DNA of 64,000 nt, taken from sequence record NC_055733.1, one strand, 5' to 3'. Below are positions 1 through 8,880 of the stretch, piece by piece (the first letter of the stretch is position 1; every line of letters begins with the position of its first letter). The notes under the pieces are model-generated. The model had not been told where the DNA came from, made no database searches, and saw nothing but the letters and a program-made list of their open reading frames with translations. Both the position numbers and the translations under genes were made by a program.

Positions 1-2
1 AG

Positions 3-185
3 ATCTATAACTGCAAAACCGTAGACGGCGTTTGTGAGTTGGAGAAATTCTACTCCAAACGCAAGAAAGAAGTTAACATTAGCGATTCGGAAGATATTCA
101 GATTCGCGATGCACTGAGCGGACGCAAGAAAGATATTGAATCTCAAGACAGTGCGGAAGCAGAAGGCAAGAAAGTTGACCTATGA
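3..185 (+). CDS. uvsW.1: UvsW.1-like protein, 3' part (truncated by window edge)
   Basis: Manual translation IYNCKTVDGVCELEKFYSKRKKEVNISDSEDIQIRDALSGRKKDIE resembles T4 UvsW.1; convergent with uvsY. Confidence 0.8.
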   Translation: MYNCKTVDGVCELEKFYSKRKKEVNISDSEDIQIRDALSGRKKDIESQDSAEAEGKKVDL

Positions 186-211
186 AAAAGGGAGCCATTG
201 GCTCCCTTTTT
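186..211. terminator. Bidirectional intrinsic terminator
   Basis: AAAA-GGGAGCC-ATT-GGCTCCC-TTTTT between convergent genes. Confidence 0.9.
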
Positions 212-213
212 GT

Positions 214-624
214 TTATTCGCCCGCTTCCAGTTTACGGCAATCTATAATCGCTCGCAGTGAAAAACCACGCTGACGAACGGCTTCCATTGCTTGGCGACA
301 AAAATCGGCTTTTGCTTGACTGAGTTCTACTGCCGCGTTTTTCTTGATAACGTCCTCGTCACCAGCGATAACAGTTTTTAGTTCGGTGGGACTGTATACG
401 TCCATGCATACTTCATCCTCACTTCTTCCGGTGTAGAACATAAATCGGTCTCTTAACATCTTTTTGCGCTCGGCATCAAGTCTAGTGATTTCCCGATTTA
501 TGTCGGCGAGATACCGGTTCCACTTACCATACAGAACCGGATTCTCTGCTACCTCAGTTTGAACCGCAGTCAACTTAATTGGCAAGTCTGCCTTAAGCTC
601 TTCCTTTAGTTCATCAAGAGTCAA
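214..624 (-). CDS. uvsY: Recombination mediator UvsY
   Basis: MTLDELKEELKADL...RFMFYTGR...RGFSL...LEAGE matches T4 UvsY pattern and length. Confidence 0.93.
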   Translation of the reverse strand: MTLDELKEELKADLPIKLTAVQTEVAENPVLYGKWNRYLADINREITRLDAERKKMLRDRFMFYTGRSEDEVCMDVYSPTELKTVIAGDEDVIKKNAAVELSQAKADFCRQAMEAVRQRGFSLRAIIDCRKLEAGE

Positions 625-791
625 AGCAGTTCTACCTCATCGAGATTAAAACTATCGTTGCTCTCATTTACCGAAGATTGTACGTCTTCTAGGTAACGTT
701 TGCAAACTTCTTTGTGAACTTTTTTACCGTCAACAGTTTCAACTCGATCTGTTGGCAACAGGTGTTGTTTACAAACAGCACACTTCTCCAT
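621..791 (-). CDS. UvsY.-2-like small Cys/His protein
   Basis: MEKCAVCK...VHKEVC...LDEVELL resembles T4 uvsY.-2; start reset to ATG 791. Confidence 0.75.
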   Translation of the reverse strand: MEKCAVCKQHLLPTDRVETVDGKKVHKEVCKRYLEDVQSSVNESNDSFNLDEVELL

Positions 792-792
792 T

Positions 793-1275
793 TTACACTC
801 CCATTTCTTTGCGAACAAGAGCACCATCAAACATCTTGCCTTGTTCCTGCGCAGCTTTCTTACAAGCTCCCATAACTTGGCCGATGTTGGCACCACTCAT
901 ATTTACAATGATAGCACGAATGTCGGCAGAGTCAAACACTTGCGGCAGATATGCGGTATAAAGCTCACGTTCGATCAAAGCATTGGTATAACGGATGTCC
1001 TGTTTCAGAATGTCCATTACTTCTTGATTGGTCAGATCGTTCGAAATTTGCTTGGTGCGTTTATGCAGTTCCGAGATTGCTTCATCCAAGTTCTTAACAA
1101 ACTTACGAATAACAGCTTGTACCTGTTCATCGGTAACAGTTGCATTACCAGCTGGAGACGATTCGCCGATAAGAGTGGTCAGCGCATTGATTTTCAGTTT
1201 ACCGACTTCGGTAATACGTTCTTCGGATTTCCGCAGCGCGATTTGATCTTTTTTCAGTTGTTCAAGCAGAGACAT
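793..1275 (-). CDS. GatB/YqeY-domain protein
   Basis: MSLLEQLKKDQIALRK, LTTLIGE, YLPQ...I and IGQVMGACK motifs typical of YqeY. Confidence 0.75.
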   Translation of the reverse strand: MSLLEQLKKDQIALRKSEERITEVGKLKINALTTLIGESSPAGNATVTDEQVQAVIRKFVKNLDEAISELHKRTKQISNDLTNQEVMDILKQDIRYTNALIERELYTAYLPQVFDSADIRAIIVNMSGANIGQVMGACKKAAQEQGKMFDGALVRKEMGV

Positions 1276-1302
1276 TATTTTTCCTTATAGGGCCTTAGCC
1301 CC

Positions 1303-2667
1303 TTAGCAATATATTACCCATTTCTGGGCGCGTGTGCAACCAACATATCCGAGTTGCGTTTGGATTTCAAATTGAGCGAAATTCATATCACCGGTATAAA
1401 CACAAACACCGATAACAGTCGTTCCCTGACTCTTGTGGAAAGTCGATGCGCCTAAGCTCTTGGTATTAACGAACATCCCTTTTACTTGCCAGAAAGCTTC
1501 CCAGAGTCTGGAAGTAGCTTTGCCACTACCCATCTGTTTGTACTGACTAGCAGCATAGGACAACGCTTCATCCAATAGGACTTGGCTACTTGCATCCCAT
1601 ACAACAGAGATTTCTACCTCTTTGTCGCTATCAACGCCTTCAGTAACATCGGTTTCCTGGCGCTCTACCAACATTGTTGCGACTTCGATTTGAATTGGAT
1701 CAACATACGGCAAGCTGATATATTTCAGTTGACGCTTGATTGATCCTGGGATAATCTTAACAGTTTCGCCGTTGTTTAGCAACGTCTCCGTGAAAGTTTC
1801 TCCACCAATCTCTTCTTCTCGCATAACAGGTTCTTGCATTACCAGATATTCGTTATCAACGAATGGATCGGTAGTCTTGTAAACGTGTTTTCGGATCACA
1901 CGGTTGAAGCTGTTTACAACGTCGTTAGTATAAGCCAACATACGGTAGTTTAACAAGTCTTCTGGCGTTTTTACCTTTGACAGATAGATTTGCATCATCT
2001 TTGCAATCGTTTTTACATCAAGTACACCGGTTCCCGTTGCTTTGTCCCAATTCGTCTCGAACCAGCCACCGTTACGGATCTTAGTCGCAACTTGAATAAT
2101 CGGGTTACCAGCTTGTTGACGAACAACAGTTTTCAGCTCTGCCAAACGGAAACGCTTGTCGGTAAAGAAAGGACTAATCTCTCCCGGCGCGTGTCGAACT
2201 GGCTGAATCTGGTGTTTGTCACCGATAGCGATAATCTGACAAAACGGATGCACAGATTTCAGAAGAATTTCAAACAGATCGTTATCTACCATACTCGCTT
2301 CATCAACGATCAGGTACTGAACGGCTTTGAGATCTTCCTTTGCTTTATCGCTTTTTGATTGTTTGAATTCCCGAACATCTTCATATGTATCTGGATGAAT
2401 CTTCAATACACTATGAATCGTGCTTGCGGTGAATCCGCTCATTTTGCTAAGAACGATCTTGGCTTGGTGAGTTGGGGCACATGTTATTACAGCGCCGTTA
2501 TTCAGGTCAAGCAATTTTTGAATCAGAATCTTAGTCAAAAATGACTTACCGCTACCTGCAGGACCAGAAATCGTGATATGTTTCTTGTCTGTTAAAACTG
2601 CATCAATAGCAGCTTTCTGGCAGTCGGTAAGAATAATTTTAGCTAATAGGCTCGCTGCCTCGCTCAT
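1303..2667 (-). CDS. dda: Dda SF1B DNA helicase
   Basis: GPAGSGKS Walker A, APTHQA, IVDEASMV, GDKHQIQPV, TFHKSQG, YVGCTRA. Confidence 0.95.
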   Translation of the reverse strand: MSEAASLLAKIILTDCQKAAIDAVLTDKKHITISGPAGSGKSFLTKILIQKLLDLNNGAVITCAPTHQAKIVLSKMSGFTASTIHSVLKIHPDTYEDVREFKQSKSDKAKEDLKAVQYLIVDEASMVDNDLFEILLKSVHPFCQIIAIGDKHQIQPVRHAPGEISPFFTDKRFRLAELKTVVRQQAGNPIIQVATKIRNGGWFETNWDKATGTGVLDVKTIAKMMQIYLSKVKTPEDLLNYRMLAYTNDVVNSFNRVIRKHVYKTTDPFVDNEYLVMQEPVMREEEIGGETFTETLLNNGETVKIIPGSIKRQLKYISLPYVDPIQIEVATMLVERQETDVTEGVDSDKEVEISVVWDASSQVLLDEALSYAASQYKQMGSGKATSRLWEAFWQVKGMFVNTKSLGASTFHKSQGTTVIGVCVYTGDMNFAQFEIQTQLGYVGCTRAQKWVIYC

Positions 2668-2669
2668 TG

Positions 2670-2999
2670 TTACTCCTCAAAGAATGATTCAACTACCTCT
2701 TGTTCGAGATTTTGAATACAAAAATATGTCTGACCGTTAATGTCAAACGTGAACGGATTAAACTCGTTTTCGATATGAGTTACCCAAATGTCACCAACTG
2801 TCAATCCCAGAAGTTTGGATCCGTGTTTTCCTTCTAGTGAATCCCGCATTACACCAATCAGGGATTTGAGTTGAATCATACCATCTTCCATTTCGTCGTC
2901 GCTCACATGAACAACGATAGGGAAGTTACCGACGTCTTCAACGATACCAGACAGCAGTTGGCGACGCAGATTGTAAGCAAACAACAGACTGTTTTTCAT
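2670..2999 (-). CDS. Hypothetical protein
   Basis: 109-aa ORF with GAGGA SD, abuts dda. Confidence 0.7.
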   Translation of the reverse strand: MKNSLLFAYNLRRQLLSGIVEDVGNFPIVVHVSDDEMEDGMIQLKSLIGVMRDSLEGKHGSKLLGLTVGDIWVTHIENEFNPFTFDINGQTYFCIQNLEQEVVESFFEE

Positions 3000-3010
3000 G
3001 ATGAAATCCT

Positions 3011-3017
3011 CTAAATA
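3011..3017 (+). promoter_or_regulatory. Late (gp55-type) promoter CTAAATA upstream of alt
   Basis: Variant of T4 TATAAATA; same motif precedes all + strand late genes here. Confidence 0.6.
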
Positions 3018-3043
3018 AGCAATATAACGTAAGGAGTTAAAAA

Positions 3044-4983
3044 ATGAGTATCAAAGAAATGTTAATGACCGAGCATCGCCCGTTCCATACACTTCTACAA
3101 AAACAAACAAAAACTCACTGTCCAACGATCTATGGACTTTCTCAGTTGGTCCCAAAACCCTAGGTGTGAAAGCAAATAGTATGCGAACAACCGGATTGGC
3201 TACCTACAAGAAGTCAGCTCTACCGTCAGTATTTCACATGTTCGAAATCGAGTCAAGTGGTAAAACAACAAGGAACATCAAATCTATTCCTAAGCCGCTT
3301 AACGCAATTGCTACCGTTGCTGAGATTATAGCAAACGAAACTCACGAAAACAAGCTTAATGATGTTGTTATTTTCCGTGTTCCGTCCAGCATGGGCAAAG
3401 CGGAAAGCGTTAGTGCTATCGTAACACGATATGTCAAAAAGAGTGGTGTTCCGTTTGAGCCGAAGGGAGTAATCAACGTAGGCGAAAAAGGTTTCAACTA
3501 CATTTTCATGACTCGCAAGGGCAAAAATCCAACAGTTGCTCAGGTGTTTGGCATCAAAGACGACGAGGTGATTACACTTGCCGACTTGTCTGCTAACGAA
3601 TCAACTATGGAAAAGATTGTAACTAAACTTGAGCCACAAATCAAGCGTCAAGTTCCTTCAATGATCAAAGTTTCTGAAATCGTTGGCGGTAGCGATGTTC
3701 CGGAAAACGCAGCCAAGTTTATCAAAGATAATCCACCTGTGTTGGGTAACGTGGATGTTAGCAAGAAACCAGAATTTAAAGTTGCGGACCTGTTTGCTAA
3801 GTATGAACTTGATTCAAGTAATGTGTTTATGTCATCAACTAACCCAACCGGTGATCGCCCAGCGAAAACAAGCAATATCGCGGGTATTATTTCCATGAAC
3901 TCTATGGCAGATAGCGTTGAAGCCAAACGGCTTGCAGCACAGATTGGTGAAATGAATATCACCATGAAAGACTTCTTGGAAAACAGCGATAAAATGACGA
4001 ATCTGAAAAAGTTCATCGAGGAAGAAATCACCGGTAATGCTACCGAGACTGAAAATATTGTACAGGCAGTATTTACTCACGGAATCGTTGAATCTATTTC
4101 GGATAAGATTACAGGGGCATACGCGAGCTTCCGTCCTACTTATATTGCAAAGGAAGATGTTGCTATTATTGAGCGTTATTGCGGCTCAGGATATTCTCAA
4201 ATTAATAACCAGCTCATTCACGGACTTGTTACTCCTGCTGCTACCGAGTGGATCAAGAAACTTGATGAAGCGTTTGAACGTTCTGGCGTTCGCGTGAATC
4301 CGGAGCTTACAGTCTATCGTGGTAGTAAGCTGCCTAGCTCGGAAGTCTTTGATATCACGGTTGGCAAGCTTTTCCACTTTAGAGCGTTTGTTAGTACGTC
4401 ATTGAACCCCAGAACTGGATTTAGTTTTGGTGGTAACGACAAACACGATATTGCCAGAGTATTGATTAGCACAAATCGAAGAGACAAGATCGATGATACC
4501 GAGCCTATGCAAGATCCAATGATTGCTGCATTTATGATCAGCGGACTCGATAAGATTCCTGTTATTATTCCAGGTGATTATAGTCCATATGAAAGAGAAT
4601 GTGAAGTTGTTTTGCCTCGTGGCACCACTATTCGAATCGAAGATATGGCAACAGCGAACTTTAATAAGTTCACAAAGACACTTACCAATATTCTTTTCGT
4701 TTGTAAGGGTGTCGCACCGTCAGAAGTAAGCATTAATGAAGTCGTTTATGACGGCGATGAATTCATGAATACCGGAAGACTGGTAGAATTCTCTCGATTC
4801 TCAGATCAGCAAAATGAATTGGTAGAAGCTAAGAAGAAAGCAGACAAAGCAGATAGCAAAGTAAAAGCCGCTATGTTGTTCACTGCCGCTGTTAACAGCG
4901 AGTCATTCACCAAGCAAATGAGCAAGAAAGAGAAAGATGAAATGAAACGAATCGCGGACAAATACTGCGGGTCTATTATGTGA
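3044..4983 (+). CDS. alt: Alt-like ADP-ribosyltransferase; apparent -1 frameshift near 3064
   Basis: YCGSGYSQIN, VYRG, FRAFVSTSL, ERECEVVLPRG (R-STS-ExE motifs) and VVYDGD tail; the strong AAGGAG SD plus ATG 3044 are out of frame with the 605-aa ORF at 3166. Confidence 0.9.
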
Positions 4984-5012
4984 AAAAGGGAGCCGATGGC
5001 TCCCTTTATTTT
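4984..5012. terminator. Bidirectional intrinsic terminator
   Basis: AAAA-GGGAGCC-GAT-GGCTCCC-TTTATTTT between convergent alt and 30. Confidence 0.9.
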
Positions 5013-6499
5013 TATCCGAAAAACTTCTTGATTGTCTTTTCATCGAATGCATGTTCGACGTTATTGGCTTCGTCTTTGTCGATGCGACGATGTTTGATAA
5101 TCGGCAGGAAGAAACTGACTTCCTTCTTGTTTTTCTTGTTGCGTGTCAAGCCGTTACACTCGATTTCCCAGATTGAGCCAATCAGTTCATCGGCAATACT
5201 CATGAGATATTCACGATCCAGATAGTCGCGCTCATGCAGAGGAATAGGAATCCACTGCTTGGTCTTCTTATCTTTGACTTGAGTTGTATCGGTAAAACCG
5301 GAGCCACAGTTACAGCGAACTTTACCGTCGGCAGTCTCGATTGTGAATCCGCCAACTTTGTTCGGATCTTTTTCGTGCGGATACAAAGCGACCACACGAA
5401 CGTCAACACGAATTTTTTCTTTGAACTTAACCTGATCTTTGCTACGAGTATTCTTCCACATGTTCAGTCCACATTTCAGAATGATACCTTCGTAACCAAG
5501 TTCACGATAACGCTGGTATACTGCTTTGGCGTCGGCCAGAGTGCTTACCTTAGTCTGCTCGATGATCTCCACACGGAAGCTATCACAACGCGATACAAAC
5601 GCTTCCAGCATTTCCCTACGCTTCTCAAAGTAGAAGTCTTTAGGACAATCACGCTGACCGTAATAAACATCACGCGGGATAATGTCCCATACTTGATATA
5701 CAATACAATCGGCTTCGTCAACCGTGATTGAGTTTTTCAGGCTCTTGTTTACGATGCCGTTACCCTCTTCACGGTCCGATACATCTTCGGATTTGTCAAA
5801 ATCGTCGGAATCGTCTTCCATGAGTGCGCTAAGACCAGTCGAGACTGATTTTTGTTTTCGATACACCAACTCGCCGTCGATTACCCAGTTTTGCATACCG
5901 GATTTCTTGATTGCTTCTTTCAGCTTATCCAGACCCATGTATTCGTTGCCAGCACGGGAATACATAGTGATAGAGTCGGTATCGGCGTCGATATCGGTAA
6001 AGCAACGAGCACCATCTGCTTTCAATTCTGCAATAGCGTGGCCGCGATTGATAATAGCCATAGAAAGCTTATCATCTTCTGGTTGTGCAAGCATTTGCGG
6101 CTGTTTTGGACACAGATCTGCCCATACTTTATTCGCGATTGTTGCACCGATGCCGATTTCGAGATCGCGAAACATAACGCGACGAATAACCTCATAATCA
6201 TGAGCATTACCCATGGACAACGCTTTCGCTAGTTCAGCAACAGCGGTACCGCCAGTGAGTGCGCGAGTTACCAGATAGGTTTCCATGAATGTCAGAGTTG
6301 CGATGATATCAGTCTTGTTATGAAAATCAACAACAACTGGAAAAGTCTTCTTGTTTATGCCAAAGTTAATTTGCTTGTTGTAAGCGAACTTAAAACAAGT
6401 GCTCAAACCTGGAACATTTTTGTGATACTCCACGATTTGTTGCTTTTTGTTGGTTGAATCTTCGGCAGCAATCACTTTCAAAATGTCTAATACGAACAT
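5012..6499 (-). CDS. 30: ATP-dependent DNA ligase gp30
   Basis: ELKADGAR motif I, IDGEL, EGIILK, VKFK, CGSGF; start reset to MFVLDIL at 6499. Confidence 0.96.
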   Translation of the reverse strand: MFVLDILKVIAAEDSTNKKQQIVEYHKNVPGLSTCFKFAYNKQINFGINKKTFPVVVDFHNKTDIIATLTFMETYLVTRALTGGTAVAELAKALSMGNAHDYEVIRRVMFRDLEIGIGATIANKVWADLCPKQPQMLAQPEDDKLSMAIINRGHAIAELKADGARCFTDIDADTDSITMYSRAGNEYMGLDKLKEAIKKSGMQNWVIDGELVYRKQKSVSTGLSALMEDDSDDFDKSEDVSDREEGNGIVNKSLKNSITVDEADCIVYQVWDIIPRDVYYGQRDCPKDFYFEKRREMLEAFVSRCDSFRVEIIEQTKVSTLADAKAVYQRYRELGYEGIILKCGLNMWKNTRSKDQVKFKEKIRVDVRVVALYPHEKDPNKVGGFTIETADGKVRCNCGSGFTDTTQVKDKKTKQWIPIPLHERDYLDREYLMSIADELIGSIWEIECNGLTRNKKNKKEVSFFLPIIKHRRIDKDEANNVEHAFDEKTIKKFFG

Positions 6500-6515
6500 A
6501 TAAACCCTCTTTAAA

Positions 6516-6552
6516 TGTGGCACCATTATATCATAGTGCCACACGTTGTCAA
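6516..6552 (-). promoter_or_regulatory. Sigma70-type promoter with inverted repeat around the -10 box
   Basis: Minus strand TTGACA-17-TATAAT; TGTGGCAC/GTGCCACA arms flank the -10. Confidence 0.85.
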
Positions 6553-6917
6553 TGAATAATCAGATCGCCACAAGCAACATTACATTTGCCGCTTTTGCCT
6601 TTAACTCGAACGTCGCCACATTCTACAGTCAAGCGACCAACGTCACCACCAATCACAACGTCACCCGCATCAACATCGCAGTTAATAACATCGCCTTTAA
6701 TTTCAACATCACCGGTACCAACTTCCAGTTTGTCAACGTTGCCGACAATCTGAATCACAAGCTTAGAGCTGTTTTCTACTTCTTCGCCGTCTACCATGAC
6801 TTTGCCGCCAACGATATCGACATTCTTACCGGCCAGAACTTTTCCGTTAACGGTAATGTTCACGCTGTTTTTTGCAAACATTCTCGCTTTGTTGCGAAAT
6901 GCATCCAAAAATCCCAT
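6549..6917 (-). CDS. Hypothetical protein with beta-helix-like G(D/N)V repeats
   Basis: Start MGFLDAF after AGGAG SD; repeated GDVEIKGDV, AGDVVIGGDV, CGDV. Confidence 0.65.
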   Translation of the reverse strand: MGFLDAFRNKARMFAKNSVNITVNGKVLAGKNVDIVGGKVMVDGEEVENSSKLVIQIVGNVDKLEVGTGDVEIKGDVINCDVDAGDVVIGGDVGRLTVECGDVRVKGKSGKCNVACGDLIIH

Positions 6918-6918
6918 A

Positions 6919-7317
6919 TTAACTCCTAAAACTTCTAGCGGTTGCAATTTTGTGACAGATGATTTCCAGATCACCCTCTGGATAAACAGTATGACCGTTT
7001 TTGATAGCAGCTTTGAATTGGCCAATCGTCTCTTCCATTTTAGCAGTCGGCACAGTCGCAACGGCGGTAATCGCGTGATTTAAGCCAGGCTCACTAAAGC
7101 TACGCATACCGTTACCGAACATGCCATATTTGATTACGAGAGATTTTAGATCATCATGATCACCGCCGTCAAGCAAAACAAGAGTCTCATGATCTCTTGC
7201 CCACATAACAACATCAAACTCGGGATTGACCATCATTCTGGTAACGGCGTGTGCTGCTTGAATACCAGCTTGTTTATCGCCTAAGTAGCGATTGATAAAC
7301 ACATAACACTTTTTCAT
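6919..7317 (-). CDS. Pth2-like peptidyl-tRNA hydrolase fold protein
   Basis: GIQAAHA, LVLLDGG and FSEPGLNHAITAVA resemble Pth2-family motifs. Confidence 0.6.
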   Translation of the reverse strand: MKKCYVFINRYLGDKQAGIQAAHAVTRMMVNPEFDVVMWARDHETLVLLDGGDHDDLKSLVIKYGMFGNGMRSFSEPGLNHAITAVATVPTAKMEETIGQFKAAIKNGHTVYPEGDLEIICHKIATARSFRS

Positions 7318-7709
7318 CGAAAATCAGTTTCCTCGTACTGCCAGTTCATTTTAGCGTAGAATTTGCCACCGTTGGAAAAAGTATATTCAACAACAAAGTC
7401 CCGATTTGGCAGAGTTTCAACAATACGACGGGTGCAGTTCATACACTTGACAACCTTAGAATCACTCCAAGCTGGCATTTTCCAGCGAGGTGCTTCTTTC
7501 ACAAATTGAACTTCATATTCTTTGTCGAGTTCAATTGTTGGAATCTCATATACTCGAACGGATACGTCACATACCTTAACGACGATACCGAATCCGTTGT
7601 CACTATGAACTACCAGATCCCCTGCTTTCATTTCGTTGCCGAAAACGTCCTCATGTTTGCCGAATGCATAAACGCGACGCCCATTTTCAACTTTTATTAC
7701 CGAAGGCAT
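7314..7709 (-). CDS. Hypothetical protein
   Basis: 131 aa; DVFGNEMKAGDLVV motif shared with neighbour. Confidence 0.7.
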   Translation of the reverse strand: MPSVIKVENGRRVYAFGKHEDVFGNEMKAGDLVVHSDNGFGIVVKVCDVSVRVYEIPTIELDKEYEVQFVKEAPRWKMPAWSDSKVVKCMNCTRRIVETLPNRDFVVEYTFSNGGKFYAKMNWQYEETDFR

Positions 7710-8020
7710 GACAAGTATTCCTCTTTTATGTTAACATTTTTAATGATTGTGTTTTGAATCGTGTCCACTATGTTACAAGTATTCAAGTTTGTTTTGTAAA
7801 ACAAGAACGTGTTTGTTACAAACACAGAGGAACAAGGCACTTCAATTCCGTTTGAAGTAATGTCGGTAAACGTCATTTCATGACCGTCTGATTTTACAGC
7901 AGGAATAATTCTGCATTTATCGTTCGCAACTGTAACGGCCAAGCAGATTTTCGTGCCACTTCCGCTATTGTAAATCACAACCGACCCACGACGAACTATA
8001 TTACCGAACATATCTTTCAT
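7697..8020 (-). CDS. Hypothetical protein
   Basis: Start MKDMFGN after GAGG SD; resembles 7314..7709. Confidence 0.7.
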   Translation of the reverse strand: MKDMFGNIVRRGSVVIYNSGSGTKICLAVTVANDKCRIIPAVKSDGHEMTFTDITSNGIEVPCSSVFVTNTFLFYKTNLNTCNIVDTIQNTIIKNVNIKEEYLSCLR

Positions 8021-8022
8021 GA

Positions 8023-8727
8023 TTATACCTCGTACACCGCTTTTGCGATCTGTTCCCAACTACAAACATTATGCTTGTTAGTCATAGAAGAGTCAAGCTT
8101 TTTATTGCTACCACGAAGAATATGGAATTTCAGCTTTTTGGAATCAAAAACCCGATGAAATGATTCCAAATGATGATGAAGATCATCAACGTAGCCAACG
8201 ACGTTTTCCTCGCCATATCGTTCTTTAACATGGCGGAACATATTACTTTTGGACTCGTTGTGATCGCATGTCAAGATCTCTTTAAACGCATTCGGAAACA
8301 GCACGTTCAGATTTGACATTCGATTGACGCTAACTTGGAAGTCAGACCCAATAGCGGTAGTAGCGACGAAATCAAAGTCCTTTTTGAGACGATTTACCCA
8401 CAACAGAGCATCGTCATATGCTTTAAGTCCACGGAACCACTTAGAATTGTTGTACATCCGAATCAGATTTTCACCGTGTTCTTGATTGCACTGAAAGATC
8501 TCTCCGGCTTTGCGGAATCGTTCATCGATAATCAGATCGATTACAACATCGGTAGGAATATTGTATTCAGCGCAGAAGAACGGCAGATTCGACGCCCATG
8601 ACAACAATACACCGTCAACGTCCGTAACGATAATCTTTTTCTTAGGCGATAAGATCGTATCTAGGTTTAAGGAACCGTACATCTTGTCCTGTTGTTGAGT
8701 TTGAGACTGGATTGCCAAGTCTGTCAT
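8023..8727 (-). CDS. 30.2: gp30.2-like HAD-superfamily protein
   Basis: IVTDVDGVLLSW, NRMSNLNVLFPNAF and YVDDLHHH match T4 30.2; start uncertain (8727 or 8682). Confidence 0.88.
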   Translation of the reverse strand: MTDLAIQSQTQQQDKMYGSLNLDTILSPKKKIIVTDVDGVLLSWASNLPFFCAEYNIPTDVVIDLIIDERFRKAGEIFQCNQEHGENLIRMYNNSKWFRGLKAYDDALLWVNRLKKDFDFVATTAIGSDFQVSVNRMSNLNVLFPNAFKEILTCDHNESKSNMFRHVKERYGEENVVGYVDDLHHHLESFHRVFDSKKLKFHILRGSNKKLDSSMTNKHNVCSWEQIAKAVYEV

Positions 8728-8866
8728 AAGTAACCACCATAGTTGATTGTAAAGTGAAATAAGTAACGATGATATAATCGTTGGTATAGAGCGCAGTTTC
8801 ACCACACTCATGTTTGCCTTGTTGATATGATTGGTACTCGAAACCACTAACCCAGTTTCCGTTCAC
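8642..8866 (-). CDS. Possible small hypothetical protein
   Basis: Open frame fills the gap between flanking genes; GTG start, weak SD, overlaps 30.2 start. Confidence 0.35.
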   Translation of the reverse strand: MNGNWVSGFEYQSYQQGKHECGETALYTNDYIIVTYFTLQSTMVVTYDRLGNPVSNSTTGQDVRFLKPRYDLIA

Positions 8867-8880
8867 TCGATAATGAGATT

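Noticed and set aside
3044-3163. 39-codon ORF as an independent gene
   Set aside because: More simply the frameshifted alt N-terminus.
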